From an uncultured delta proteobacterium (lineage in GTDB: Bacteria; Myxococcota; UBA727; VGSZ01): 64,000 bases of DNA. The stretch spans positions 480,001-544,000 of the forward strand of contig CAVZJB010000005.1 of assembly GCA_963775425.1 (NCBI GenBank), given 5' to 3'. The position numbers were made by a program, and so were the translations under genes. A model generated the notes under the pieces. The model saw only the letters and a program-made list of their open reading frames with translations, ran no database searches and was not told the origin of the DNA. Positions 41,801-50,554 of the stretch are shown piece by piece; position 1 is the first letter of the stretch; every line of letters starts with the position of its first letter.

Positions 41801-43172
41801 GGACGGCAGCTCCGACCTCGCCGACGTCGCCATCGTGGCGCACAGCGGCGGCGTCTCCATGGTCGACGTCACCGGTCGCGACAACGTGGGCCTGCCGCCC
41901 ACGGAGATCGCGCGCGTGGACTCGCTCGGCCCGGTGGTCTCCGTCGACGTCATCGACACGGCCGCTTCGCAGTCCAAGCGCTTCGTCGCGGTGACGGACG
42001 AGGAGCTGTGCACCATCGACTTCACGAACGCCCTGCAGACCGACACGGTGGCGCCCGTCATCGACGCCGACGCCGGTCAAGAGGGCGACGACGGCGGCGT
42101 GGTGGACGCGGGCGTGGACGGCTTCCTCCAGGGCACGCGCATCGTCGGCTGCCTGCCGCACGGCCTCGACGCCGTCACCCGCGTCAAGCTCCACGGCCGC
42201 TTCGCGGTGGTGGCGCACAGCCGCGGCGTGACGCTGTTCCAGCTCGCGGACAGCGACGACGCGGCGGTGGTGGACCCCGGCGCGCCGCTGGCCGCCATCG
42301 CGACCTTCGAGACCACGCACCCGGCGCTCGACGTCGAGACCTCCGGCCGCTTCATGTACGTGGCCACGGGCCTCGGCGGCGTGGAGACCTTCGACATGGG
42401 CCCCTTCGTCTACCCGCTGTTCGATCAGGACAGCCACGATCCCCTCCAGGGCAGCACGGCGCGCGTCTCCCAGGCGCTCACCAACCAGCAGCAGGAGGCG
42501 GACACGCGCGGCATCGCCGTCTTCGGCAGCCGGCTGCTCGTGGCCGACGGCAAGAACGGCCTGCGCATCCTCGACATGGCGGTGCCCGCCAATCCGCGGC
42601 TCGAGCGCACCATCCGCGACGTCGCGGGCCAGGCGCCCATCGATCAGGCCACGGCGGTGGTGGTGGGGACGGAGACGGTGCGCAACTACGCGCTCGTCGC
42701 CGACGGCTCCCACGGCATCCGCGCGGTGAACATCACGCCGTCCACGGACCTGCGCCTGCAGCTCAAGGACGCGCTCGATCCGGCCAAGCGGGACGCCACC
42801 CGCGGCTTCCGGCTCTCCGAGGAGCGCTGGGACCCGCTCACGCCGTTCGACCCGAAGAACACGACGCCCAAGGTCTTCACCTACGCGACCAACGGGAACG
42901 CGGTCGCGTTGGCCAAGGGCCTGGCCTTCGACAACATCGCGGACAAGAGCGGCAGGCAGCTCCGGGACGGCTGGAGCATCGGCTCCACGACCCTGGATGA
43001 AGCCACCATCGCCAGAATGCGATCGGTGATCGTCAAAGAGGTCCAAGGTACGGTAGACATCTCCGGTGACGGCCTCGGATGCGTCGTGCGCGCAGGCGAC
43101 GAAAACGATGTGGCCAGGGACCCGGAGGATCAGAACCGATGCCTTCCTGTTCAGTCTCGAGGCGGCGAGTGA
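38841..43172 (+). CDS. Large multiheme c-type cytochrome lipoprotein with C-terminal LVIVD/beta-propeller-like region
   Basis: GAGG then ATG 38841; lipobox ASAGC; 9 CxxCH plus one CX12CH; DxNxDG loops; YVATG.GG, LLVADG.NGL.ILD and ALVADG..GI repeats. Confidence 0.9.
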   Translation: MPFRRLHVFTLLSAAALAVASAGCSEKIEEKQAQLGGSCLGCHTGITDIHPQFALACVDCHGGHDDVPLPAVVDVRDQELLKASHVLPLDPEMWWPNGIDDNGDGRVDEQGEFFDGRVVDQDGNAGLAEGRQAPRFEFDSEINRDLNYLRFINPGDLRVAEVSCGGHNKNANAAMVCHAETVYDVRRSIMATNAGVSAGALYGNAQLPTAADYGSAFAQSQVGQDFDARNPRIGRAAYTFNYEAMDANYDPVSNTFDHDGLLAAAKANLDPDDDLYEATAGAVSDDGSAKDPFGNPLDPGPGLTRTGNQLKFFNPTDKTNNRAIDVLEYIGNGANRTFPPPGTGIELRLQKILEGLGVARQSPIRNAIPNDGKPIINPVDAALRSFRAYHVLNFMSPSDNFGFKDFTTSPNEDDPPPNDPNDVELQNNNNPFGRFLSSGCTSCHVEYAKDGHNEEPIDRTVADNGRQPETALPFGIRQDLGQRAYAKRHEIKTAVQLNTCAQCHGFVTRVDYAAEGKFELEVDFTNLSQVQTIGPFTFSTPKTACVNVFDNLAHYKDGKILNEGEGVSEDLNNNGELDEGEDKNNNGCLDIPNRVARSDAFDGRQSKLIYGGANGSVHLQDIHIEEGMACSDCHVTSVHGDSNLYTRNWDAEPMECEDCHGTSYAKAKLISSGPNGGDKFTDPVWNTPFGKPWFEEKDGKIIEHSRTQAGLEWEVAQLVDEKVGDAKTAYAKYAHEQPAETIPNPGREQEARAFAHMQEAGKPGGLECYSCHSSWQPNCLTCHLKMDVGKAKQEIWWGDDDESEIFFQLFSYTRSPFYLGRGGDVEGNRISTYRSTMQTHLTVTATVGNQGFTLLDNAMVASNQHLSSMVSNPYFPHTVRVTETKSCARCHTLEDEQGRIENDHLITEATGQGSGRYMNLGDWGLVATTNGFQQIDLKAEGGTFNAQAKAPGITFPGFDFSDVNPRHADFLVGNATDVAMLRGVAFEDGSSDLADVAIVAHSGGVSMVDVTGRDNVGLPPTEIARVDSLGPVVSVDVIDTAASQSKRFVAVTDEELCTIDFTNALQTDTVAPVIDADAGQEGDDGGVVDAGVDGFLQGTRIVGCLPHGLDAVTRVKLHGRFAVVAHSRGVTLFQLADSDDAAVVDPGAPLAAIATFETTHPALDVETSGRFMYVATGLGGVETFDMGPFVYPLFDQDSHDPLQGSTARVSQALTNQQQEADTRGIAVFGSRLLVADGKNGLRILDMAVPANPRLERTIRDVAGQAPIDQATAVVVGTETVRNYALVADGSHGIRAVNITPSTDLRLQLKDALDPAKRDATRGFRLSEERWDPLTPFDPKNTTPKVFTYATNGNAVALAKGLAFDNIADKSGRQLRDGWSIGSTTLDEATIARMRSVIVKEVQGTVDISGDGLGCVVRAGDENDVARDPEDQNRCLPVQSRGGE

Positions 43173-44890
43173 AGCTCGCGACCCCGGCCGCCGCCCTGTT
43201 TCTCCTCGTGGGAACGGTGGCGGCGGCGAGGGCGGACGCGCAGACAGTCGATGCGTCCGTAGTTCCCACCTATGTGGACAGCGTGCAGCGCGGCCTTCGC
43301 CTGCGCATGGACCTGTGGGGTCGTGAGGCCCTGATCGGCAACCCCGATCCGCCGGTCCAGCTCATCGTCCCGGATGTCGTCAACGAGAAGAACGACACGG
43401 ACGTGGGCGGCATGGTGATCCTGGGCTGGGACAGGCCCTTCGGCGTCCCGCTGACCACCGATCTCATGGGCGACGTCACGAGCGACATCGGCGGTGACTC
43501 GCCGGTGAGCCCGTTCCTCGACGACACGAGCGTCGCGCCCAAGGCCCACATCTATTCGGCGTTCATCGGGCTGTCGGGGGCGCCGGGCGAGGCGCTCGAG
43601 CCGTTCAAGCTCAACATCGGCCGCATGACACAGGTGAGCGAGTCCCCGATCACCTACGACGGCATCTCCACCGGCGTGAACCTCAAGTTCCCCAAGCTCG
43701 GCTTCCTGAACGCCAAGGTCTGGGGCGGCCTCGACGCGCCCCAGCACCTCGCCGCCGATCCCTTCTCCCGCACCGACGCCAAGTACTACCAGGAGCAGTA
43801 CCAGGACCTCTCCGGCTTCGTGTCGCCCACCGGCGGCAAGGAGATCGTTCGCAGCCCGCTCGACTTCAACGCCGACGGCACCCAGGACCCGAACCTCAAC
43901 GCGGTGTTCGGTCTCGACGTCGAGGGCCGCTTCGCGGGCGTCGGCTTCACGCTCACGCACACCTCCATGCCTGCCGCGGGCAGCATCGTCACAGACGAGG
44001 AGAACAACGTGTTCCTGCCGCTCCAGCGCACCACGCTCGAGGGCAGCTACGGTGACGACAGCGATCTGTTGTCATGGATGGTGGCGGCGGACCTGAAGGC
44101 GTCGGACTTCCTGCCGCGCTCCACCGCGCTCAAGGGCGACGTCCTCACCGGCGACGGCACCACCCGCATCGGCGGCAACGTGACGTACCAGTTCCTCGAC
44201 GACATCTGCGCCTACGACTGCACCTTCCGCGCGTTCGACCCCGCCAACAACATCGATCAGGTCCCCGATCAAGGCGCGGTGCTCACCAACGATCAGGTGG
44301 AGGCGGCGCGGGTGCACGATCAGATCCGCCACCTCAACATCGGACCGGCCAAGCCCAACATCGCCCTCGTCGTCGATGCCGAGCGCCAGCTCCCCGCGGG
44401 CTTCACCGCCCTGTTGCGGGGCCGGGTGCGCCAGCACTTCAACGCGGCCGACCTCGATTACTTCCGCACCAACGTCTACGAGGCGGGCGCGGGGGCGAGC
44501 TGGTCCACGGGCCTCGCGCTCGAGGTCGGCACCGAGGTCTACGGTGGCGCCCTCGACTCCGGCGCCGCCGCGGACAAGGGGCTCGACTACACCCTCGTTC
44601 AGGAAGGGATCACCTCCTACGTCGAGAATCGCACCTGGGTCCGCACCGTCCTTCTGGAGGGGAAGCTGTCGAACCTGGCCGAGGCCTTCGTGCGCAGAGA
44701 GGACATCCAGACCAAGGCGCTCGTCGCCTCCGGCCAGTGGAGCGGCGCCTTCGCCGACACGCTGCGCTACGACGTCATCGACTTCTGGTCCGTCTCCGCC
44801 CGGCTCGACGCGGATGCGCTGTCGCCGGTCGACACGCTGAACGGCTCGGGGTACCTCGGGGCCCTGGTGGCGACCTCACTCAAGTTCTGA
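43169..44890 (+). CDS. Probable outer-membrane beta-barrel (porin partner of the multiheme cytochromes)
   Basis: GTGA overlap; signal peptide ending ARADA; amphipathic beta-strand patterns; C-terminal Phe (ALVATSLKF); no heme motifs; sits between cytochrome genes. Confidence 0.7.
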   Translation: MKLATPAAALFLLVGTVAAARADAQTVDASVVPTYVDSVQRGLRLRMDLWGREALIGNPDPPVQLIVPDVVNEKNDTDVGGMVILGWDRPFGVPLTTDLMGDVTSDIGGDSPVSPFLDDTSVAPKAHIYSAFIGLSGAPGEALEPFKLNIGRMTQVSESPITYDGISTGVNLKFPKLGFLNAKVWGGLDAPQHLAADPFSRTDAKYYQEQYQDLSGFVSPTGGKEIVRSPLDFNADGTQDPNLNAVFGLDVEGRFAGVGFTLTHTSMPAAGSIVTDEENNVFLPLQRTTLEGSYGDDSDLLSWMVAADLKASDFLPRSTALKGDVLTGDGTTRIGGNVTYQFLDDICAYDCTFRAFDPANNIDQVPDQGAVLTNDQVEAARVHDQIRHLNIGPAKPNIALVVDAERQLPAGFTALLRGRVRQHFNAADLDYFRTNVYEAGAGASWSTGLALEVGTEVYGGALDSGAAADKGLDYTLVQEGITSYVENRTWVRTVLLEGKLSNLAEAFVRREDIQTKALVASGQWSGAFADTLRYDVIDFWSVSARLDADALSPVDTLNGSGYLGALVATSLKF

Positions 44891-44912
44891 ACTCTCTCTT
44901 TCGGATGACGCC

Positions 44913-45908
44913 GTGAACCTGCGATCGCTCGCCCCCCTCGGACTCTCCCTGGCAGTCGCCGCCACGTGCGCCGGCGTGGGCGTCGCGTTCGCCGCCCACG
45001 CGGCGCCCCCCGCGCCGCCGCCGGCCGCGCCGCCGCCGCCGGCGGCCACGGGCAACGGCCCGCCCACGGGGATGAACCTCATCGACACCTCGAGCCCCTT
45101 CGACCACGACGTCCACCTGAACCCCGCCAAGATGGGCGGCAAGAAGATGGGCTGCGAGTCCTGCCACAAGATGGTGAACAAGGACGGCACCTGCCCCAAG
45201 CAGGAGGTGCGGTTCCCCGAGCACGACGCCTGCCAGGCGTGCCACACGGCGAACTTCTATACGCAGCCGCTCACCATCTGCACCAACTGCCACAAGGCCA
45301 ACATCTTCCAGAAGCGGCCGCCGCTGCGCGAGCTGACCCGGCAGGTCACGCCGCGCAAGGCGGAGTTCTCGCACCGAAGCCACCTCGATGCGAAGAAGGG
45401 CACGGACTGCACCTCGTGCCACTCGGTGCTCAGGGGCGGCCTCGTCATCGGGCACCCGAGCCACCCGAACTGCTGCCAGTGCCACTCGGGCCCCGGGCTC
45501 AACGGCAAGATCGCCGAGCCGCACATGAACAAGTGCGGCTCCTGCCATGACACGGCGAAGAACGCCGGGCGTCCGCCGTCCACCATCCACGACTTCAGCC
45601 ACAAGATGCACCGCGAAGACCCGCGTACGCATACGTCGGTGGCGTGCCAGCAGTGCCACATCAACATGGTCCAGGCCACGACGCTGCGGCAGATCCGCAT
45701 CCCGCCGATGCCCGTGTGCCTGCAGTGCCATGACGGCTCCGATCCGAACAAGCCGAACCCCAAGAACCCGGCGTGGAGCGGCACGGGCGCGTTCAACTTC
45801 ACCGCGTGCCTGAAGTGCCACCTCCCGGGCAGCATCCAGAACCGCCCGCTGCCTCCGGGCCACCCGGGGGCTCCCACCGCTCCCACCGAGGCGGGGGCCA
45901 ACCCATGA
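44913..45908 (+). CDS. Periplasmic nonaheme cytochrome c (three c7/c3-like triheme modules)
   Basis: Signal peptide; 9 CxxCH; FDHDVH, FSHRSH and FSHKMH each open a group of three hemes. Confidence 0.9.
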   Translation: MNLRSLAPLGLSLAVAATCAGVGVAFAAHAAPPAPPPAAPPPPAATGNGPPTGMNLIDTSSPFDHDVHLNPAKMGGKKMGCESCHKMVNKDGTCPKQEVRFPEHDACQACHTANFYTQPLTICTNCHKANIFQKRPPLRELTRQVTPRKAEFSHRSHLDAKKGTDCTSCHSVLRGGLVIGHPSHPNCCQCHSGPGLNGKIAEPHMNKCGSCHDTAKNAGRPPSTIHDFSHKMHREDPRTHTSVACQQCHINMVQATTLRQIRIPPMPVCLQCHDGSDPNKPNPKNPAWSGTGAFNFTACLKCHLPGSIQNRPLPPGHPGAPTAPTEAGANP

Positions 45909-47950
45909 GTGCCGCTGTCTTCCGCCGCCGCGTCCGCGCGGCGCTGCCCTTCGCCGGTCTCGCGGTCCTCGTCGTCGCCGGCGCGCTCGTGGTGAACGGG
46001 GCCATGGCCACCGAGCGCCACAAGGTCGAGGACGGCGAGACCGTCGAGGCCATCGCGCAGGCGATGTACGGCGATCCCGGCAAGGCCGCCATCGTCCGCG
46101 CGGCGAACAAGATCCCCGACGGCGAGCAGCCGGCGGTGGGCGCGTTCCTCAAGATCCCCGGGCCGCTGATCCACACGGTGCAGGCCGGTGAGAACCTGCA
46201 GAAGGTCGCCGACCGCTTCCTCTCCGGCGAGGGCGGCGCGGCCATCATCGCCGAGGCCAACGGTCTCGCGGCCAACGCGCACTTGAAGCCCGGCCAGGTG
46301 CTGACGGTGCCGGCCGAGGTGGAGCTGCGCACCAAGGGCAAGTCCGCGGAGGACATCGCCACCGCGCTCCTCGGCGACGCGCACCTCGGCGCGCGCATCC
46401 GCCGCTACAACGGCGTCGCCGACGGCGGGAAGCTGCCCGCCAAGATCTACGTGCCCCTCGTCGGCATCGAGCCGCTCGGCGCGCCCGGCGCCGTCGCGGT
46501 CGCGCCCGCCGCGCCTGCGCCTGCGCCCACGCCGGCGCCGCCGACGGCGCCCGCGCCCGTCCCCGCCGCGCCGGTCCCCGCCGCGCCGGTCCCCGCGCCG
46601 GCCGCGCCTGCACCGGCGGCGCCTGCGCCCGCGGCGCCTGCTCCCGCGGCGCCTGCTCCGGCGGCGCCGGCCCCGCTGCGCCGGCGGCTCCGGCCCCCGC
46701 GGCCCGCGCCCGCGCCCGCGCCCGTGCCCGCGCCCGTGCCCGCGATGTCGCCTGCGATGGGCGGCCCGATCGATCTCACGATGCCGGTCACGGGCAAGCG
46801 CGCCACGCTCGCGGGCTTCTCGCACGCGCTGCACACGCCGCTGCAGATCGGCGGCAAGCCCGTCGGCTGCCTCGTGTGCCACGAGCGCGTGTCGCCGGAG
46901 TCCGTCGAGCACAAGGCGCCGTCCAAGGACAACTGCATGCTCTGCCACAAGGTGAGCGACGACATGCCGGCGCAGCTTCGCAAGGGACAGATCAAGCGGC
47001 TGCCGCTGCCGATGAACCACGAGCTGCACGTCGGGCAGAACGGCCTCGACTGCATCATCTGCCATCGCAACGAGCCCGAGCGGGCGCTCGGCATCATCAC
47101 CAACGGCCACGCGGCCTGCACCGTCTGCCACAACGCCAACGGCGGAAAGACGCCGTACGTCGGCGGCGACCCCGAGGGCGCGATGTGCACGCAGTGCCAC
47201 GGCACCGTCGAGCAGGTCGACGAGGGCAACGAGCACACCAAGTACCTGCGCGCGCACCTGATGCGTCCCGTGGGCCGCGTGGGCGACGTGAGCTTCACGC
47301 ACATGACGCACGCGGCGTTCTCCGAGAGCGGCGCGCCGGGCAGCGGTCCCGCCATCGACTGCAAGACCTGCCACGTCGACGCGTACACGGCAGAGCGCAA
47401 GGAAGACATCTCCAAGGTGCAGATGCAGGGCTGCCTCGAGTGCCACCGCGAGGCGAACGCGGTGGGGCTTCAGCCGCCGCAGTCGTGCAACGGCTGCCAC
47501 CTCTATCTGCGTCGCGGCGAGATGCCGATCAACCAGCTCACGCTCAAGAAGCCCATCGACCACACGCCGTTCTTCCGACGTCACCACGCCGACGCGGCGC
47601 GCGACAACGCGCCCCTATGCGCGTCGTGCCACGTGGGCTCCGACGGCGCGGACGGTAGCCGCTGCGACACCTGCCACATGACGATGAAGCCGCGCGATCA
47701 CACCGCCGGCTTCCGCGACAAGGTGCATGGGCGGGAGTCGCAGATCGATCCTGCGCGTTGCCAGGTCTGTCACCGCGCCGAGCGCTGCGAGAGCTGCCAC
47801 CGAGAAGTGCCCAAGAGCCACTTCCCGCTGAACGTCTGGGTCGACAAGGGTCTCCACGGCTCGCGCGGCCGCCTCGAGATGGGCGCATGCCTCACCTGCC
47901 ACCGCTTCGAGACCACCTGCCAGCGTTGCCACACCGCCGTCGCCAAGTAG
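45905..47950 (+). CDS. LysM x3, Pro/Ala linker, 14-heme cytochrome c
   Basis: ATGA overlap; signal peptide; HKVEDGETVEAIA..AN..G..LKIP, HTVQAGENL..AN..LKPGQVLTVP and a degenerate third LysM; 14 CxxCH. Confidence 0.9.
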   Translation: MSAAVFRRRVRAALPFAGLAVLVVAGALVVNGAMATERHKVEDGETVEAIAQAMYGDPGKAAIVRAANKIPDGEQPAVGAFLKIPGPLIHTVQAGENLQKVADRFLSGEGGAAIIAEANGLAANAHLKPGQVLTVPAEVELRTKGKSAEDIATALLGDAHLGARIRRYNGVADGGKLPAKIYVPLVGIEPLGAPGAVAVAPAAPAPAPTPAPPTAPAPVPAAPVPAAPVPAPAAPAPAAPAPAAPAPAAPAPAAPAPLRRRLRPPRPAPAPAPVPAPVPAMSPAMGGPIDLTMPVTGKRATLAGFSHALHTPLQIGGKPVGCLVCHERVSPESVEHKAPSKDNCMLCHKVSDDMPAQLRKGQIKRLPLPMNHELHVGQNGLDCIICHRNEPERALGIITNGHAACTVCHNANGGKTPYVGGDPEGAMCTQCHGTVEQVDEGNEHTKYLRAHLMRPVGRVGDVSFTHMTHAAFSESGAPGSGPAIDCKTCHVDAYTAERKEDISKVQMQGCLECHREANAVGLQPPQSCNGCHLYLRRGEMPINQLTLKKPIDHTPFFRRHHADAARDNAPLCASCHVGSDGADGSRCDTCHMTMKPRDHTAGFRDKVHGRESQIDPARCQVCHRAERCESCHREVPKSHFPLNVWVDKGLHGSRGRLEMGACLTCHRFETTCQRCHTAVAK

Positions 47951-47971
47951 GGCGGGGGCTCGTCCCCCGCC
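47951..47971 (+). terminator. GC-rich hairpin immediately after the cytochrome operon (no U-tract)
   Basis: GGCGGGGG-CTCGT-CCCCCGCC, a perfect 8-bp stem. Confidence 0.45.
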
Positions 47972-47980
47972 TCGCGACCC

Positions 47981-48303
47981 CGGCGCCATGGCCAACGCCG
48001 GCGCCATGGCCAACGCCGGCGCCATGGCCAACGCCGTCGCCGTGGCCAACGCCGGCGCCATGGCCAACGCGGGCGCCGCTGGCGCTGCCGGCGCCGTGGC
48101 AAACGCCGGCGTCGCCGCCGACGCCGGCGCCGTGGCCAACGCGGCGCATCGCCAACGCCGGCGCCATGGCCCACGCCGGCGTCATGGCCCACGCCGGCGC
48201 CGTGGCCCACGCCGGCGCCGCCCGCGCTGCCGGCGCCGTGGCCCACGCCGGCGCCGCGGCCCACGCCGGCGCTGCCGGCGCCGTGGCCCACGCCGGCGCC
48301 GCC
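47981..48303. repeat. Degenerate 18-bp tandem repeat GCCGGCGCC(A/G)TGGCC(A/C)AC
   Basis: Reads ANAGAM, then AHAGAV, with a frame break near 48145. Confidence 0.9.
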
Positions 48304-50526
48304 GTGAGCCGCCGGCGCTTCGTCATCCTCGTCGTCGCGGCGCCTCTGGCCGCGGCGGCGTTGGCCACGGCGGCGCTCGGCGTCACGGGGACCGGGCTCG
48401 CGGCCACGCCCGAGCTTCATCGCGATCTCGTCTTCGCCGCCGGCCACCCCGACACGCTCGACTACCGGCATGACGATCCCTCCGCCTACAGCATCTGGCT
48501 GCCCTCGGACGTCTTCGTCCACCGCGCCCTCCGCGACGGCGAGCTCCCGCTGTGGGACCCCGCCGACGGCGGCGGCTTCTCTCCCGTGCGCCGCCTCTAC
48601 CCCGGCGCGCTCCATCCGCTGCGCGCGCTCGCCGCCCTCGTCCCGGAGCCGCAGGCGTCGAGCTTCGTCGTGCTCCTCGCGCTCGCGCTCGCCTTCGCCG
48701 GCGCCGCCCTCTGGCTCGAGCGCCTCACCGCTTCCCGCGCCGCGGCCCTCGTCGGCGCCGGCGCGTTCGCGTGCTCGGCGCACATGCTCTCGGGCCTGCA
48801 GCTCAATCTCCCGCTCGTCTACGCCCACGTCCCGTGGCTGGCCCTCGCCCTCGATCGCCTGCTCGACGACGACGCGGGCGCCGGCGCCACCTTCGCCGCC
48901 GCCGCGCTGACGGCGAGCCTCGCCGCGTCGGGGCACCCCGGCTGCGCGCTGTGTGCGGGCGTGGCGGCGGCGAGCGCCGTCGCCGGCCGCCCGCCGCCGC
49001 AGGGGGGCCCCGCGCGCGGCGGCCGCCGGGGCTGGGCGCGCGTGACGGCCGCGCTCGTCGCGGGCGCGCTGCTCGCCGCGCCGGCATGGCTGCCGTTCCT
49101 CGGAGAGCTGCGCGACGCCTACACGTACAAGGCCGGCTCCGCTTTCGCCCACAGCTACGCCCCGTTCCTGTGGCGCGCGTGGCCCTCGCTGTTGCTCGCC
49201 GTCGTCGCCGGCGACGCGGGCCCGTGGGGCGATCACTTCCACGCGTACGGCTGGCTCGGCCCGGCCGTGGTGGCGCTCGCGATGATCGGCGCGGGGGTCG
49301 CCTGGAGGCGGGGAGGCCGCCGGCTGCTCGTCTGGCTCGTCGTGGCGTTCCTCTTTTGTGTCCCGGGTCCGTGGATGCGCGTGGTGCAGGACCTGCCCGG
49401 CCTGGCGCAGGTGAAGGTCTGGTACCTCTACACGTGGCTCGTGTTCGCCGCCGCCACCGCCGCCGCCGTGGGCTTCGCCGCGCTCGCGGCCCGCGTGCCG
49501 CTCCTGCGCCGGCCCGTCGTCGTCGGCGCCGTCGCGCTCTTGTTGTCGTCGACGTCGGCGGCGCGCATGGCCGTGTGGATCAAGCCCCACGACGCCGCGC
49601 TCGTGCCGGCGAGCGCCGCGCTGGCCGCGCTGGCGTCGGCGCAATCGTCGTCGTCGCCGGCGTCCGGGCCCGTTCGGCTCGTCGGGCCGCCGGGCCAGGC
49701 GCACCTGCCGAACCTGGCGTCCATCACCGGGATCGACGACGTGCGTGTGCACGGACCGACGCTGTCACGCCGCTACACCGAGTGGATGCGCTGCATCGAC
49801 CCCGACATCCTCCGCCGCGCGTTCCCCACCACGCGCATGACGCCGCTCGTGGACCACCCGCTGTTGAAGAGCTTCGCCGTCGGTTACGCGATCGAGCCCC
49901 TGGTGCCGCCGGCGTCCGAGTGGAAGGTGGCGGAGGACGCGGCGCCTGACGGCGCGTCGCGGATCACGCCACGCGGCCCGCTCGACCTCGTCGTCGACGA
50001 CGGCTTCGTGCGCTTGTGGCGGATCCCCGGCGCGCGTGCGCGGGTGTCGGGCGCGCGGCCGCTCTCGCTGGTCGGCGTCGAGGCCGACGCGCTCGCGACG
50101 CTCTCTCGCGCGCCGCCGGACGCGGCCGACACGCGCGACGTCGTGGAGACCTCCGGCCTCGACGCCGCGGGGCGCGCGTCGCTCGAAGCCATGGCGGCCG
50201 CGCCGGGCGCGCTGACGGTCACGCGCTCTTCGCGGCCGAGCCGGCGCCGCCTCGAGGTCGACGTCGATGCCGCGGCGCCGACGTTGGTGGTGATCGCCGA
50301 GCTGTACGAGGCCGGGTGGAGCGCCACCGTCGACGGGCGCCCGGCGCCGGTGGTGCCGGTGAACCTGGTGGCGCGCGGGATCCCGGTGCCCGCCGGGCCT
50401 CACCGGGTGCAGATGCGGTACCTGCCGCCGTTGTTCCTCGCGGGCTGCGCCTCGTCGCTGTCGACCCTGGCCGTGCTCGTGGGGCTCGTCCTGGCGGCGC
50501 GCCGTCTTCGTCGCCGTCACCGGTGA
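48304..50526 (+). CDS. YfhO-like polytopic membrane protein (GT-C superfamily)
   Basis: LRDGELPLWDP...G, LHPL, many TMs, C-terminal LVVIAELYEAGWSATVDG...RGIPVPAGPHRV.M.Y.P. Confidence 0.82.
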   Translation: MSRRRFVILVVAAPLAAAALATAALGVTGTGLAATPELHRDLVFAAGHPDTLDYRHDDPSAYSIWLPSDVFVHRALRDGELPLWDPADGGGFSPVRRLYPGALHPLRALAALVPEPQASSFVVLLALALAFAGAALWLERLTASRAAALVGAGAFACSAHMLSGLQLNLPLVYAHVPWLALALDRLLDDDAGAGATFAAAALTASLAASGHPGCALCAGVAAASAVAGRPPPQGGPARGGRRGWARVTAALVAGALLAAPAWLPFLGELRDAYTYKAGSAFAHSYAPFLWRAWPSLLLAVVAGDAGPWGDHFHAYGWLGPAVVALAMIGAGVAWRRGGRRLLVWLVVAFLFCVPGPWMRVVQDLPGLAQVKVWYLYTWLVFAAATAAAVGFAALAARVPLLRRPVVVGAVALLLSSTSAARMAVWIKPHDAALVPASAALAALASAQSSSSPASGPVRLVGPPGQAHLPNLASITGIDDVRVHGPTLSRRYTEWMRCIDPDILRRAFPTTRMTPLVDHPLLKSFAVGYAIEPLVPPASEWKVAEDAAPDGASRITPRGPLDLVVDDGFVRLWRIPGARARVSGARPLSLVGVEADALATLSRAPPDAADTRDVVETSGLDAAGRASLEAMAAAPGALTVTRSSRPSRRRLEVDVDAAAPTLVVIAELYEAGWSATVDGRPAPVVPVNLVARGIPVPAGPHRVQMRYLPPLFLAGCASSLSTLAVLVGLVLAARRLRRRHR

Positions 50527-50554
50527 GCGCGGCGCGCCCACGCCGCCGCTCGCG

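Noticed and set aside
47981-48303. Possible CRISPR array or repeat-protein gene (ORF 47988..48473)
   Set aside because: No spacers; the ORF loses the repeat frame midway and continues as shadow sequence.
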